Shown: positions 1-9,500 of the stretch, piece by piece
Numbering within the stretch: the first letter of the stretch is position 1
Layout: each line of letters opens with the position of its first letter
Assembly: GCA_050949315.1 (NCBI GenBank)
Contig: JBMNFL010000001.1
Location: 1 to 64,000 of the forward strand
DNA from: Bacilli bacterium
GTDB lineage: Bacteria; Bacillota_I; Bacilli_A; RFN20; UBA1709
Direction of reading: 5' to 3'
Length of the DNA: 64,000 bases
Notes under the pieces: generated by a model
Databases searched by the model: none
The model's input: only the letters and a program-made list of their open reading frames with translations
Told to the model about the DNA's origin: nothing
Translations under genes and position numbers: made by a program

Positions 1-1563
1 AATAAAGCTGACATCAATTGAGCATTTTCCCTGCTGTAGACGCAAAACATGTTCAGTCCGCAGTTGTTCCTTTAAAATATCGATTACTTGTTCTAAAGGT
101 TCAACTTTATAAGCCAGTCTTATGTTTTGACTCTCTAGGGCATCCATTGTTAAATCCATGATCTCTTCAGTAGCCGAGGTTAAGTATTTTAAACTTTCTT
201 TGGCAACGTTAGAGAAAGAAAGTTCTTTCCTTTTCATTTCCTCGGCGGCATCTAAGACATTCAAACAATGGTCGCTGATTCTTTCAAAGTCCCCAAGAAT
301 CTTAAGATATTCAGCGACAGTACCACTAGAATTTTCACTGATTTTGCGGGCACTTAGTTTGATTAAAAAGGAAGCGATGAGATCTTCATAGTAATCGTTC
401 TTTTCTTCACACTCGCGAATTTTGTTGGCCGCTTCGTCATTATATTCTTCAATGACTTTAATGCTTTGTTTAACAGCTTCTTTAGTACTATTCCCCATTA
501 CTTTGATTAAGTTAAAGCATTGTCCAAGGGCAAAGGAAGGAGTTGTAAGCAAACGCTCATCCAATTCAACCTTTTTATCAAATTTTTCACCACCAGGGAT
601 TAAATGACAAACTAATTTTTCAAGTAATCCGCCTAGTGGGAAGAGCAAGATAACACAGAGAATATTAAACACTGAGTGAGCGATGGCAATACCTAGCATA
701 GAGGCGGCCATATTAAGAAAAGCTGGAGCGAACAGGATTTTAATTAAGTAAAAAACACTCAATAAAAAGGTCGTGCCAATAACATTAAAACTTAAATGTA
801 TAAAGGCCGCTCGTTTGGCGTTTTTATTTGTACCAACAGAAGAAATAAGGGCGGTTATACAAGTACCAATGTTTTGCCCCATAATGATGGGAATAGCCGC
901 ACCATAACTTACTTTACCAGTCATTGACAGGGCTTGTAAGATGCCTACTGAAGCCGAACTTGATTGGATTATTGCTGTCAAAATTGTACCAGCAAGAACA
1001 CCTAAAATTGGATTCGTAAAGGTAACGAATAATTGTTGAAATTCAGGAATATCTTTTAAACCAGCGACCGAAGCCGACATAGTCGCCATACCAAACATTA
1101 AGGTAGCAAAGCCTAGCAAAATCATACCGGTATCTTTCCTTTTATCGCGTTTGCTAAATAGATAAAAAACCAAACCAACTAAAGCAAAGACAGGGGTGAA
1201 AGAACTGGGTTTTAAAAGTTGAATAAAGGTGTTGTTACTGCTGATACCGGCCAAACTTAAAATCCAGGCGGTAACCGTAGTACCGATATTAGCGCCCATA
1301 ATAACATAGATGGATTGTTTAAGTGTCATTAAGCCCGAGTTTACAAAGCCTACAACCATTACGGTTGTCGCGGAGGAGCTTTGAATGATGGCGGTTATAC
1401 CTAAGCCGGTTAATAAACCAGCAAATTTACTATCAGTAAGTTTGGATAAGATTTTTTTAAGTCCGTTGCCAGCTCGTCTTTCTAAAGCTTGCCCCATAAT
1501 GCTCATGCCAAATAAAAATAGGCACAAACCACCTATTAAATTAAGGATATCAAAGAGTAGCAT
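1..1563 (-). CDS. Na/Pi cotransporter family protein (3' end outside window)
   Basis: Manual translation from ATG at 1563 (RBS AGGAGG): MLLFDILNLIGGLCLFLFGM...IIQSSSATTVMVVGFVNSG...IMGANIGTT. A second QSSSA/GQNIGT repeat follows. Not in the ORF track because it runs off the edge. Confidence 0.92.
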   Translation of the reverse strand, partial: MLLFDILNLIGGLCLFLFGMSIMGQALERRAGNGLKKILSKLTDSKFAGLLTGLGITAIIQSSSATTVMVVGFVNSGLMTLKQSIYVIMGANIGTTVTAWILSLAGISSNNTFIQLLKPSSFTPVFALVGLVFYLFSKRDKRKDTGMILLGFATLMFGMATMSASVAGLKDIPEFQQLFVTFTNPILGVLAGTILTAIIQSSSASVGILQALSMTGKVSYGAAIPIIMGQNIGTCITALISSVGTNKNAKRAAFIHLSFNVIGTTFLLSVFYLIKILFAPAFLNMAASMLGIAIAHSVFNILCVILLFPLGGLLEKLVCHLIPGGEKFDKKVELDERLLTTPSFALGQCFNLIKVMGNSTKEAVKQSIKVIEEYNDEAANKIRECEEKNDYYEDLIASFLIKLSARKISENSSGTVAEYLKILGDFERISDHCLNVLDAAEEMKRKELSFSNVAKESLKYLTSATEEIMDLTMDALESQNIRLAYKVEPLEQVIDILKEQLRTEHVLRLQQGKCSIDVSFI

Positions 1564-2015
1564 TGTTTCCTCCTAATTGGTGGATTAATTCTAGAATACT
1601 CTTAATTTTAATCATTTTTGACCTTCCCTTCATGATTTAGGCTAGCTAAATCTAATAAAGTTATAATCATTCTTCTATAAAATAATTGCAAGGAACAGAA
1701 TCCCACTAGTTGAATTTTACAAGAATCTTACATTTGAAACAAGGAAAACTTTTAAGAAAGCGTATTATAAAAGTCGCTTGACCTCAAATTACAAGTTTAA
1801 GTTTAGGAATTAAACTACTATATTTGCTAATAGAGATTTTAAATTCAACAATAAATTACCAATTATTTTTAACTGTAGAATTAATATAATTTTACTTTTG
1901 ATTCGATAAAAATGCAGTGAAAAAAGCGAGTTTTAAGAACAAATTAGCCCAGACAATAATTCTGAGCATTAAACTATTTTTTAAAATTAAACTGTGTTAC
2001 AATAAAAATTAAGCA

Positions 2016-2028
2016 AATAATAGTTATC
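2016..2028. promoter_or_regulatory. Possible Fur/PerR-type operator before the superoxide reductase operon
   Basis: AATAATAGTTATC (reverse complement GATAACTATTATT) has 2 mismatches to GATAATnATTATC and lies just downstream of an extended -10 (TGTTACAAT, ~1995-2003). The AT-rich context weakens the match. Confidence 0.4.
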
Positions 2029-2098
2029 TTTAGCGACTGAGTATATAAAAAATGACATGTAAATAGTAAAGAGTTATAAACTCAAGGAGGAAAAAAAC

Positions 2099-2482
2099 AT
2101 GGAAATGAAATTCTATCTTTGTGACACTTGTGGCCAAATTGTGGCTATTGTCAAAAAAACAGCGGCACCACTTATTTGCTGCGGAAAACCGATGCAAGAA
2201 ATTGTTCCTGGAACAATGGATGCATCAGTTGAAAAGCATGTTCCCATTTATGAAATTGAAGGAAATGAAGTCTTGGTTACAGTAGGGGAGGCCCTTCATC
2301 CAATGATTGAGAAGCATTATATTGAATGGGTGGCTTTACAGACTAAATTCGGTAATCAACGCAAGGCCTTAAAGCCCAATCAAGAACCCAAGGCTCGTTT
2401 TGCTCTTGTTAAGGGGGATGAAGTTGAAGCCGTTTATGCCTACTGCAATCTCCACGGTCTATGGAAACTAGACAAAAGATAG
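2099..2482 (+). CDS. dfx: Desulfoferrodoxin / 2Fe superoxide reductase
   Basis: CxxC...CC desulforedoxin domain; EKHVP, HPM..KHYI and YCNLHGLW motifs; RBS AAGGAGG. Confidence 0.93.
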   Translation: MEMKFYLCDTCGQIVAIVKKTAAPLICCGKPMQEIVPGTMDASVEKHVPIYEIEGNEVLVTVGEALHPMIEKHYIEWVALQTKFGNQRKALKPNQEPKARFALVKGDEVEAVYAYCNLHGLWKLDKR

Positions 2483-2502
2483 GTAAAGAAAGGGAAATAA
2501 TA

Positions 2503-3138
2503 ATGAAGTATGTTTGCCAAATTTGTGGCTACATTTATGATGAGGCTTTAGAAAAGGTTCCTTTTAAAGATTTACCAGCTACCTGGCGTTGTCCTTGGTG
2601 CGGAGCTGGTAAAAGTGATTTTAAAGCCATGCAAGAGAAAAGTGAAGAGAAAGTACTTTCTAAAGTTCAAAAAGAAGAAGATTTAGAAAAGTTATCAACT
2701 GGACAAATGGCGGCTCTTTGTTCTAATTTAGCTCGTGGCTGTGAGAAACAGTATAAAGAAGAAGAGACGGCTTTGTTTACTAAACTGGCCAGTTATTTTT
2801 CGGCGATTAGCCCTGAAGTAAAGGATGCTACTGTAGAAAAAATAAGCGAGGAACTACAAGAAGATTTAAAGGCTTATCCTTCTTTAAGAGCAACAGCTGA
2901 CGCCGCAGAAGATCGCGGTGCAGCTCGTGTTTGTGTCTGGGGTGAAAAAGCTACTAGAATGTTATCTTCTTTATTAAACCGTTACCAAGAAGAAGGCGAA
3001 AAGATGTTTGAAAACCAAGAAATTTGGGTTTGCAGTATTTGTGGCTTTGTTTATCTTGGTAATGAACCACCAAATATATGTCCTGTTTGTAAGGTTCCAG
3101 CCTTTAAGTTTATGAAGATTGAAGGAGGAAAGATCTAA
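2503..3138 (+). CDS. Protein with N- and C-terminal rubredoxin-like domains flanking a helical domain
   Basis: CQICGYIYD...WRCPWCGA and [10 protein letters not shown]...CPVCKVP. Start moved to ATG 2503. Confidence 0.8.
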   Translation: MKYVCQICGYIYDEALEKVPFKDLPATWRCPWCGAGKSDFKAMQEKSEEKVLSKVQKEEDLEKLSTGQMAALCSNLARGCEKQYKEEETALFTKLASYFSAISPEVKDATVEKISEELQEDLKAYPSLRATADAAEDRGAARVCVWGEKATRMLSSLLNRYQEEGEKMFENQEIWVCSICGFVYLGNEPPNICPVCKVPAFKFMKIEGGKI

Positions 3139-3140
3139 CA

Positions 3141-3644
3141 ATGAAAGCTTGTGCGGTACGCAATATTCGCTTGTGCACAAAAGATTGTCTGTGTTTGTAT
3201 GTTTGTCCAACCGGTGCCACTGATACAGAGAATAGCATCATTGATGTAACTAAATGTATTGGTTGTGAAGCCTGTGCTAAGGCTTGTCCTAGCGGGGCTA
3301 TCAGTATGATGCCTTTAGAGTTACCGGTTCAACAAGTAAAGCAAGCGGAAGTTATAAATAGTTTAAAAGAAATGGCGGGTAGGAAGGTTAAAAAAGAGGA
3401 ACAAGCCTTAAGTCTGGCTAAAAAAGAAGAAAAACTAGGGCTGAAGCGTTTATTAATAGCTCTAGCTACGGCCGAAAGGTTTATCGCTGAGGATCTACTG
3501 CGGGAAGCAGGCTACATGTTGCCTCAAAGCGCTAATGCTCATCGATTCTTAGAGGATTTAATCGCTAATCCTCCTACGGAGGATTTTCCCAAAGAAATTG
3601 CCCAAAAACTTTTAGAATTAATTCCTAATAACGAAGAAGTTTAA
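3141..3644 (+). CDS. 2x[4Fe-4S] ferredoxin with C-terminal helical extension
   Basis: CTKDCLCLYVCP and CIGCEACAKACP motifs. Confidence 0.85.
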   Translation: MKACAVRNIRLCTKDCLCLYVCPTGATDTENSIIDVTKCIGCEACAKACPSGAISMMPLELPVQQVKQAEVINSLKEMAGRKVKKEEQALSLAKKEEKLGLKRLLIALATAERFIAEDLLREAGYMLPQSANAHRFLEDLIANPPTEDFPKEIAQKLLELIPNNEEV

Positions 3645-3665
3645 GAAAGAAATAATGATGATAAT

Positions 3666-3699
3666 GACCGAGAAAAGTTATAAAACCTCGGTCTTTTTT
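3666..3699 (+). terminator. Rho-independent terminator
   Basis: GACCGAG...CTCGGTC stem followed by a T-tract. Confidence 0.7.
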
Positions 3700-3841
3700 A
3701 TTGTAAAAAACTTTTATGAAAAAATATTGAAATTTTAAGCAAAATGACTTGCAATTCAACAAAAATATTGTATAATAACAAAGATTAATCTGAAGACTTT
3801 TAAGATTTTCAATGTGTTCAATACTTTTGAGGTGATGGTAA

Positions 3842-5503
3842 ATGACAGATAAACAGAAACAAAATTTAATTCATCTTTTAACTGAAAATCTTCCCCTTTT
3901 TCGTAAAAAACTAAAAATTTCACAGCAAGAATTGGCAAATATGCTTGAAGTTAGCCGCAGTACAATTACCAATATTGAGAATCGACGTAGTCCTTTAAGT
4001 TGGAATCTTTTCTTAGCTTTGATATTGATTTTTAATAATAATGAAGAAACCCGAAAATTGGTAGAACATTTTGACCTTTACTGTTCCTCTTTAAATCGCT
4101 TTCTTTTAGGTGATCAAAAGTTGAAAGAAAACCCGGAAGCAGGACGTAAAAATAAAATGACCATGGTCTTCGCGGGCAATCTTTTTAGTTTCTTTTTTGT
4201 TAACCCTTATTCAGGAGCCTTTGAGCATTATCTCAAAGAGGAGAAAGAAGATCGTTATTATTGTCAACCTAAACCAATTATGGGTGAGAGCATTTATGAA
4301 TATAAAAAACAACTTATTGATGAGGTTGTTTATGAAGCCGATGCTAAATTAGTTGATTCCTTCCATACTCGGGCTAATTTTATTGAGATATTCGAGAAAG
4401 AAATAAGCAAAAGTGTGGAATTTCGTTATCATCGTGGAAACATGACTGTTTGGCTTCGTAATGATGTATTGGCGGGAACAGATTGTCAAGGGCGTAAAGT
4501 CTTAATTATTGTTGTTGAGGATATCACTAAAGAAAGAGAATCCTTTGTCCAAGCGGAGGTTTTATTAAAAAATGGAGAGAGTCCATCATCTTACGCGCAA
4601 ATTGCTAGAGCCCTTCTCTTAGATTATGAAGATGTTTATTACGTTAATATGGATACTAACAACTATTACAAATTTGATTCTAGTAGTTTTTCTTCTACCT
4701 TTGAGCTCAATGAGAAAAAAGAAGACTTTTTTGAGGATATACAAGTAAGAATAGCAAATGTTGTCTATTCTCAAGATCGCGAAACAATGCGCCATTTTTT
4801 TAATCGCGAACGCTTATTGGAATTATTAAGGCAGGAAAAAAGCGACAGCATAAATTATCGATTAGTAATAAAAGAAGAGCTAATTAACTACAGAAGCAAA
4901 GCGGTTTTTATAAATGTGGACAATGTCAGTCACATGGTTGTTGGAACTGTCAATGTGGAGAAGCAAACTAGACGAGAACAAATTTATCGCGACAGAATTC
5001 GCAGTGCGATGGAATATGCTGGTAAAGATTTCTTAACCAATGTCAAAAATAAAAACTCTTATTTGTTATTTGAAAAACACTTAAATAAAGAAATCAGGAA
5101 AGGCATTAATAAGCCCTTTGCTGTGGTTGTTTGCGATATTAACGATTTAAAGCAGTTGAATGATGCCTATGGTCATGAATTTGGTGATGAGGTTATCAAA
5201 AATGCGGCCAAGATGATTTCACGGATTTTTAAAAATAGTACAATCTATCGCACAGGAGGCGATGAGTTTGCGGCCATTATCTCGGAGAGTGATTTCGATC
5301 AGCGTAAAAAGTTAATTAAACGCTTAAGAAGGCAAGCAATTTTAAATACCAAAAATGGCAGATTTGTCATCGCTAGTGGTCTTGCTGATTTCCAAGAAGA
5401 GGATATAAAGGTAGCCGATGTTTTTGTGCGCGCGGATCGCGAGATGTATAAAAACAAAGCCGATTTAAAGGAATACCAGCTTTTTAAACCAAAAACTATG
5501 TAA
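3842..5503 (+). CDS. XRE-HTH + PAS-like + GGDEF diguanylate cyclase
   Basis: N-terminal RKKLKISQQELANMLEVSRSTITNIEN (XRE HTH); two PAS-like segments; DFLT, DINDLKQLNDAYGHEFGD, RTGGDEF and ADREMYKNK motifs. Confidence 0.9.
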   Translation: MTDKQKQNLIHLLTENLPLFRKKLKISQQELANMLEVSRSTITNIENRRSPLSWNLFLALILIFNNNEETRKLVEHFDLYCSSLNRFLLGDQKLKENPEAGRKNKMTMVFAGNLFSFFFVNPYSGAFEHYLKEEKEDRYYCQPKPIMGESIYEYKKQLIDEVVYEADAKLVDSFHTRANFIEIFEKEISKSVEFRYHRGNMTVWLRNDVLAGTDCQGRKVLIIVVEDITKERESFVQAEVLLKNGESPSSYAQIARALLLDYEDVYYVNMDTNNYYKFDSSSFSSTFELNEKKEDFFEDIQVRIANVVYSQDRETMRHFFNRERLLELLRQEKSDSINYRLVIKEELINYRSKAVFINVDNVSHMVVGTVNVEKQTRREQIYRDRIRSAMEYAGKDFLTNVKNKNSYLLFEKHLNKEIRKGINKPFAVVVCDINDLKQLNDAYGHEFGDEVIKNAAKMISRIFKNSTIYRTGGDEFAAIISESDFDQRKKLIKRLRRQAILNTKNGRFVIASGLADFQEEDIKVADVFVRADREMYKNKADLKEYQLFKPKTM

Positions 5504-5559
5504 AAAAGTTTGTGTTTTTCAAAAAAACGGAAAATTTCAATTTAATCTATTTTTACTGC

Positions 5560-5588
5560 TTGACAAGTTTTAAAAATACGCTTATCAT
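5560..5588 (+). promoter_or_regulatory. Sigma-A promoter for the riboswitch-controlled operon
   Basis: TTGACA (5560-5565), 17 nt, TATCAT (5583-5588). Confidence 0.75.
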
Positions 5589-5594
5589 ATAAAT

Positions 5595-5675
5595 GATAAA
5601 AACCGGCAAACTTAGGGAAACCTAAGGACGCAAAGCTATAGGGTCTATTAAAAAGACAGCCAGTTGCAATTTATG
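5595..5675 (+). ncRNA. c-di-GMP-I (GEMM) riboswitch aptamer
   Basis: GGCAAA-CTTAGG-GAAA-CCTAAG-GACGCAAAGC-TATAGGGTCTA...GACAGCCAGTTGC matches the GEMM-I pattern, with a GNRA-capped P2 and a P3 receptor arm. Confidence 0.93.
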
Positions 5676-5692
5676 CAGCTGGCTTTTTATTT
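5658..5692 (+). terminator. Riboswitch expression-platform terminator
   Basis: AGCCAGTTGCA-ATTTA-TGCAGCTGGCT followed by TTTTATTT. The 5' arm overlaps the aptamer 3' strand. Confidence 0.88.
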
Positions 5693-5714
5693 AGCAAAAA
5701 GGAGGGTAAGAGTG

Positions 5715-6560
5715 ATGATTAAGAAAATCATAAGCAAATTAAATGCTCAAAAGATTCGCTTACTTTTACCTTTGATTATTGCCTGTCTTTGTATGGTCGC
5801 CTCTCTTGGCGCTTTTATTGATTTTTCCTTTGCTTGGTTCTCGAATAATCAACAAGTTGGCGCTGGTGGTTTACAACTTGGAGTTGATAGTTATGTTTCA
5901 ACAATTACAACCCAATCAGGTTATGCTTTTAAATATGATGGTGTTAATGGGGCTATGGCTATCGACCTTGATGGTTACACTGAAAAAATTCAGATGTCAG
6001 AGTACGATAATATCTTTACTGATCGCAACATCAACACCCCTTTAATAATTCGGGTTGAAGTTGATGGTGTTCCCAATAATCCCGACGACAAGATAACAGT
6101 TAATGTGCCCTGTTCTTCCAATTATACCGATAACGGCACGAATCCCTTGAGTTTTGTTAGTGGCGATACTATCCTTTCGTATCTTTCCAATGTTATTAAG
6201 ATTAGAATTGGCTGCGGCCTTTTAATTGGTGGCAATTTGGTTGTTGATAATTATGATCCTACGCAAGCTAGTGATGTTCCCATTATTTACGAGGGAGCAA
6301 GGGATCATTTAATTACTGAAGATTCTACGGTTGTGGTTGGGACTTTTGTTAACGATTCCACTAAAACGAAGGTAAAAACAATTTCTTTAGATTTCCCTCA
6401 ATCAATTTATTCAGCTTTTATAACCAATACTGATGAACTGGTTTTCTATATTGAAGTCGATTATGACAATGTTTTAATTAATAGTTATAACTTAAATAGT
6501 GTTAATGATGGTGGTCAAGTTATCTTTGCTGATGATTTTGGGACCATCAGAGTGGAGTAG
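5715..6560 (+). CDS. Secreted protein with SipW-type (AWF) signal peptide, TasA/BsaA-like candidate
   Basis: Basic N-region and hydrophobic helix, then SFA-WFSNNQQV; acidic beta-rich body; RBS GGAGG at 5701. Start corrected from the ORF track. Confidence 0.65.
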   Translation: MIKKIISKLNAQKIRLLLPLIIACLCMVASLGAFIDFSFAWFSNNQQVGAGGLQLGVDSYVSTITTQSGYAFKYDGVNGAMAIDLDGYTEKIQMSEYDNIFTDRNINTPLIIRVEVDGVPNNPDDKITVNVPCSSNYTDNGTNPLSFVSGDTILSYLSNVIKIRIGCGLLIGGNLVVDNYDPTQASDVPIIYEGARDHLITEDSTVVVGTFVNDSTKTKVKTISLDFPQSIYSAFITNTDELVFYIEVDYDNVLINSYNLNSVNDGGQVIFADDFGTIRVE

Positions 6561-6568
6561 GTGAGAGT

Positions 6569-9500
6569 ATGACTAAGAAAGCTTATATCAAACCTTTAAT
6601 CATCTCCATTATTTTGACTCTATTTTTGGCGATTCTTCCGGCCTACGCTTGGTTTGGCACGCCTTCTAATGCTTTTAATGTTAAAGTTAAGGGTAGTATG
6701 GTTGAGGAGTATTTCCACTGCGGTAGCGGTAAGGAAGATGATCCCTTTGTTATCACGCGCCCAGTTCATTATTATCACTTGGTGGAGTTTTTCCAAAGGA
6801 CAACTCAATTACCAGTTGTCTATAACAGTGAGGACGATGTCGTTGACTTTGGTAATGAGTATCTTTATTTCCAAATCGGTTGTCCAGAAGAGCAACTCTA
6901 TGATCCAAGTTTAAGACCAACAGTTACTCCAGACACATCTTTCTACGTTTTTGAATATGGTAATGCTGGTCAACTAATTAAAGATCAAGACACTAGAGGA
7001 AATAAAGATGTTATCTTAAATATGGCCTATTATTCTGGGGATAATGCTTTGATGCCTATTGGAACTTCGGAAGTTCCTTTTTATGGTTCTTTTAATGGCA
7101 ATAATTTAACAGTAACCAATTTGAATATTATCACCGAAGAAGATGTCGTTGTTACAACTGGTGGTGAAAGCCAAACGGTTACACGTCAAACTTCCGATAT
7201 TGGTATTTTTGGTTACATCGGAACCAATGGTGTTCTTAGCAATGTTTATTTTAAGAATGTTAACATCAGTTTAGTCGGTGGGGCAGCAAACGCCACTATT
7301 GATACTTCGGTTACAAATATTTCTCATACCAGTTCCCACCCTGATACGGTTTATGTTGGTTATCTAGTGGGTCATACTAATTTATCTACTTCGGTTGTCA
7401 ATGTCTTTGTTAATAATTGTACTATCAAGGGTGGAGCAGCTTCAACGTGTAACTTCGGATATTTTGGTTTAGTTGATGATAGTTTAGGTCAACCCATTAC
7501 CACTTTAGGTGAAGAAATTGCCACCCAATTTGGCAGTGGTAATGAACCAGGCTGGGGCGGTAGTATGGATATGAATACTCTTTATACCCGAATCTTATCG
7601 GTTAAAGGGAATGCTGCAAATCCTTGTACTTATCCAACCGCAACGACTGTCACCATTGATGAAGTGGCCAACACTTATAATAGAGAAGTAACGGCAACTG
7701 CAACAGCGTCAGCGCCTTCTGGTAGTAGTGTTAGTTGGGTCCATTATGAAAGTACATTAGGAGGTTCCTATTATTTTAGGAACAGAACCGATACTAATAG
7801 ATTTTTATACTTAAGTGGTGAAAACCGCTATCAAAAGCAAACAATTACCACCTATCGTTACTTAGATGAATTTACCCCTGCTTATCATATTGCTTCAGGT
7901 AGCAACTATTTAAGCACGAATGGAATAGGAATTACCAATGCAACCAGCGAAGCAACAGCTTCAGCCTGGGTTTTAAATGATGCCAATCATCTTTATACTA
8001 TCTATGATGGTACTAAATATTACTTAAGACAAGATACGGATTTAACTTTAACAGTCAGTACGATGCCAAGCACGACTTGGACCAAAGATGGCAATGATCT
8101 TTACTGCACAAATAGTGGCACAAACTACTATTTAACTTATTTCGATAGTTGGTTTTTAATTACTACTAAGGGTCGTTATAAAGTCAAGGATGCCAGCAAC
8201 AATTATTTAGTTATGACAGCAAGTTCAATAAGTTCAACAACTAGTGAAGGTGCGGCCACTAGTTTAATCTATAACGGTAGTAGCGGAACCATCTCTACCT
8301 TTGTTAGTGGCACTCAATATTATTTAAATGGAACTAATACCTTAGCAGTCAGTAGCACCAGTGCTGGAACTAACTGGCAGTTTGCCGGCAATAACCTATC
8401 TTATTCTTATGGTGGACAGATTTATTATTTAGTCTATCTTAATAATGCGTGGCAAGTTTTGCCGGCCGCTACTTCTTATCAATTTGGCGATGGTAATGGC
8501 AATTATTTAAGTGCTGACACTCAAGGCATCACTAACTCTTCAACTGCCTCAGAATCAGTTTGGTTCTATAATGGTAGTAGTGGAGTTATTGCAACTTATA
8601 TTGATGGTAATTTCTATTATTTAAATCGTAATGGTAAACTTAGTACTACTAGTGATAACACCGTTTGGACTTACAGTACTAATCGTTTAAGTTATACCTA
8701 TAATGCTTCTACATATTATCTTTATTACAATGGTTCAGTTTGGACTGTAAACAGTACGAGTTCTTATTATTTAATTTCTGATGGCAGTGGGCATTATTTG
8801 AATGTTAGTAATGGCTCTTTAGTAGCGGGAACAAGTAGTAGTACCGCTACTCACTGGATTTATAATGGTAGTAATGGAACTATCTCATTTAATGAAAATG
8901 GTAATGTTTACTATTTAAATAGAGGTGCTAAATTAAGTACCACTAGCGATAATACCAATTGGACATTTAGCGGCGGTAACCGTTTATCCTATACCTATAA
9001 TGGTAGGACTTTCTATCTTTACTATACTAATCAAAATTGGATAGCGGCAGCAGCAGCTTATAAAATTCATGATGGGGCCAATCACTTCTTAAATCTTAGT
9101 AGTGGAACTTTAAGTACTGGAGATAATTTAGCAAGTGCGACGATCTGGTTTTATGCTGGTAATGGCAGTGAAATTTTGACCGTTGATAATGGGGTTGTTT
9201 ATTATCTTTATGGAACAGCCTATAATTTGTCCGCCAGCACATCTAATTCCACCCTCTGGAATTTCAGCAGTAATTATTTAAATTATAGTTATAATGGCTT
9301 TAACTATCGTCTTCGTTATGACAATGGTTGGAAGATTTATAATAGTGATTTATCTTATTACAAAATCAGTGACAATCGTGGACATTATTTGAGTAATAAC
9401 GGCACAGATGTTGTAAGTACAAGTAATGCCGCTAGTGCTACCATTTGGGGTTTTGATGCCAGTGGCAATGTTAGTGTTGATATTGGTGAGAGCACCTATT

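Noticed and set aside
158-1576. Short + strand ORFs (158-391, 422-607, 1385-1576) and similar small overlapping ORFs throughout the window
   Set aside because: They are antisense or alternate-frame shadows of well-supported genes, with no RBS or recognisable motifs.
5595-5675. cGAMP-sensing (GEMM-Ib) variant riboswitch
   Set aside because: The position-20 equivalent is G, not A, so c-di-GMP is the expected ligand.
5664-5714. ORF-track N-terminal extension (TTG start at 5664)
   Set aside because: It overlaps the riboswitch terminator; the RBS GGAGG at 5701 supports a start at 5712/5715.
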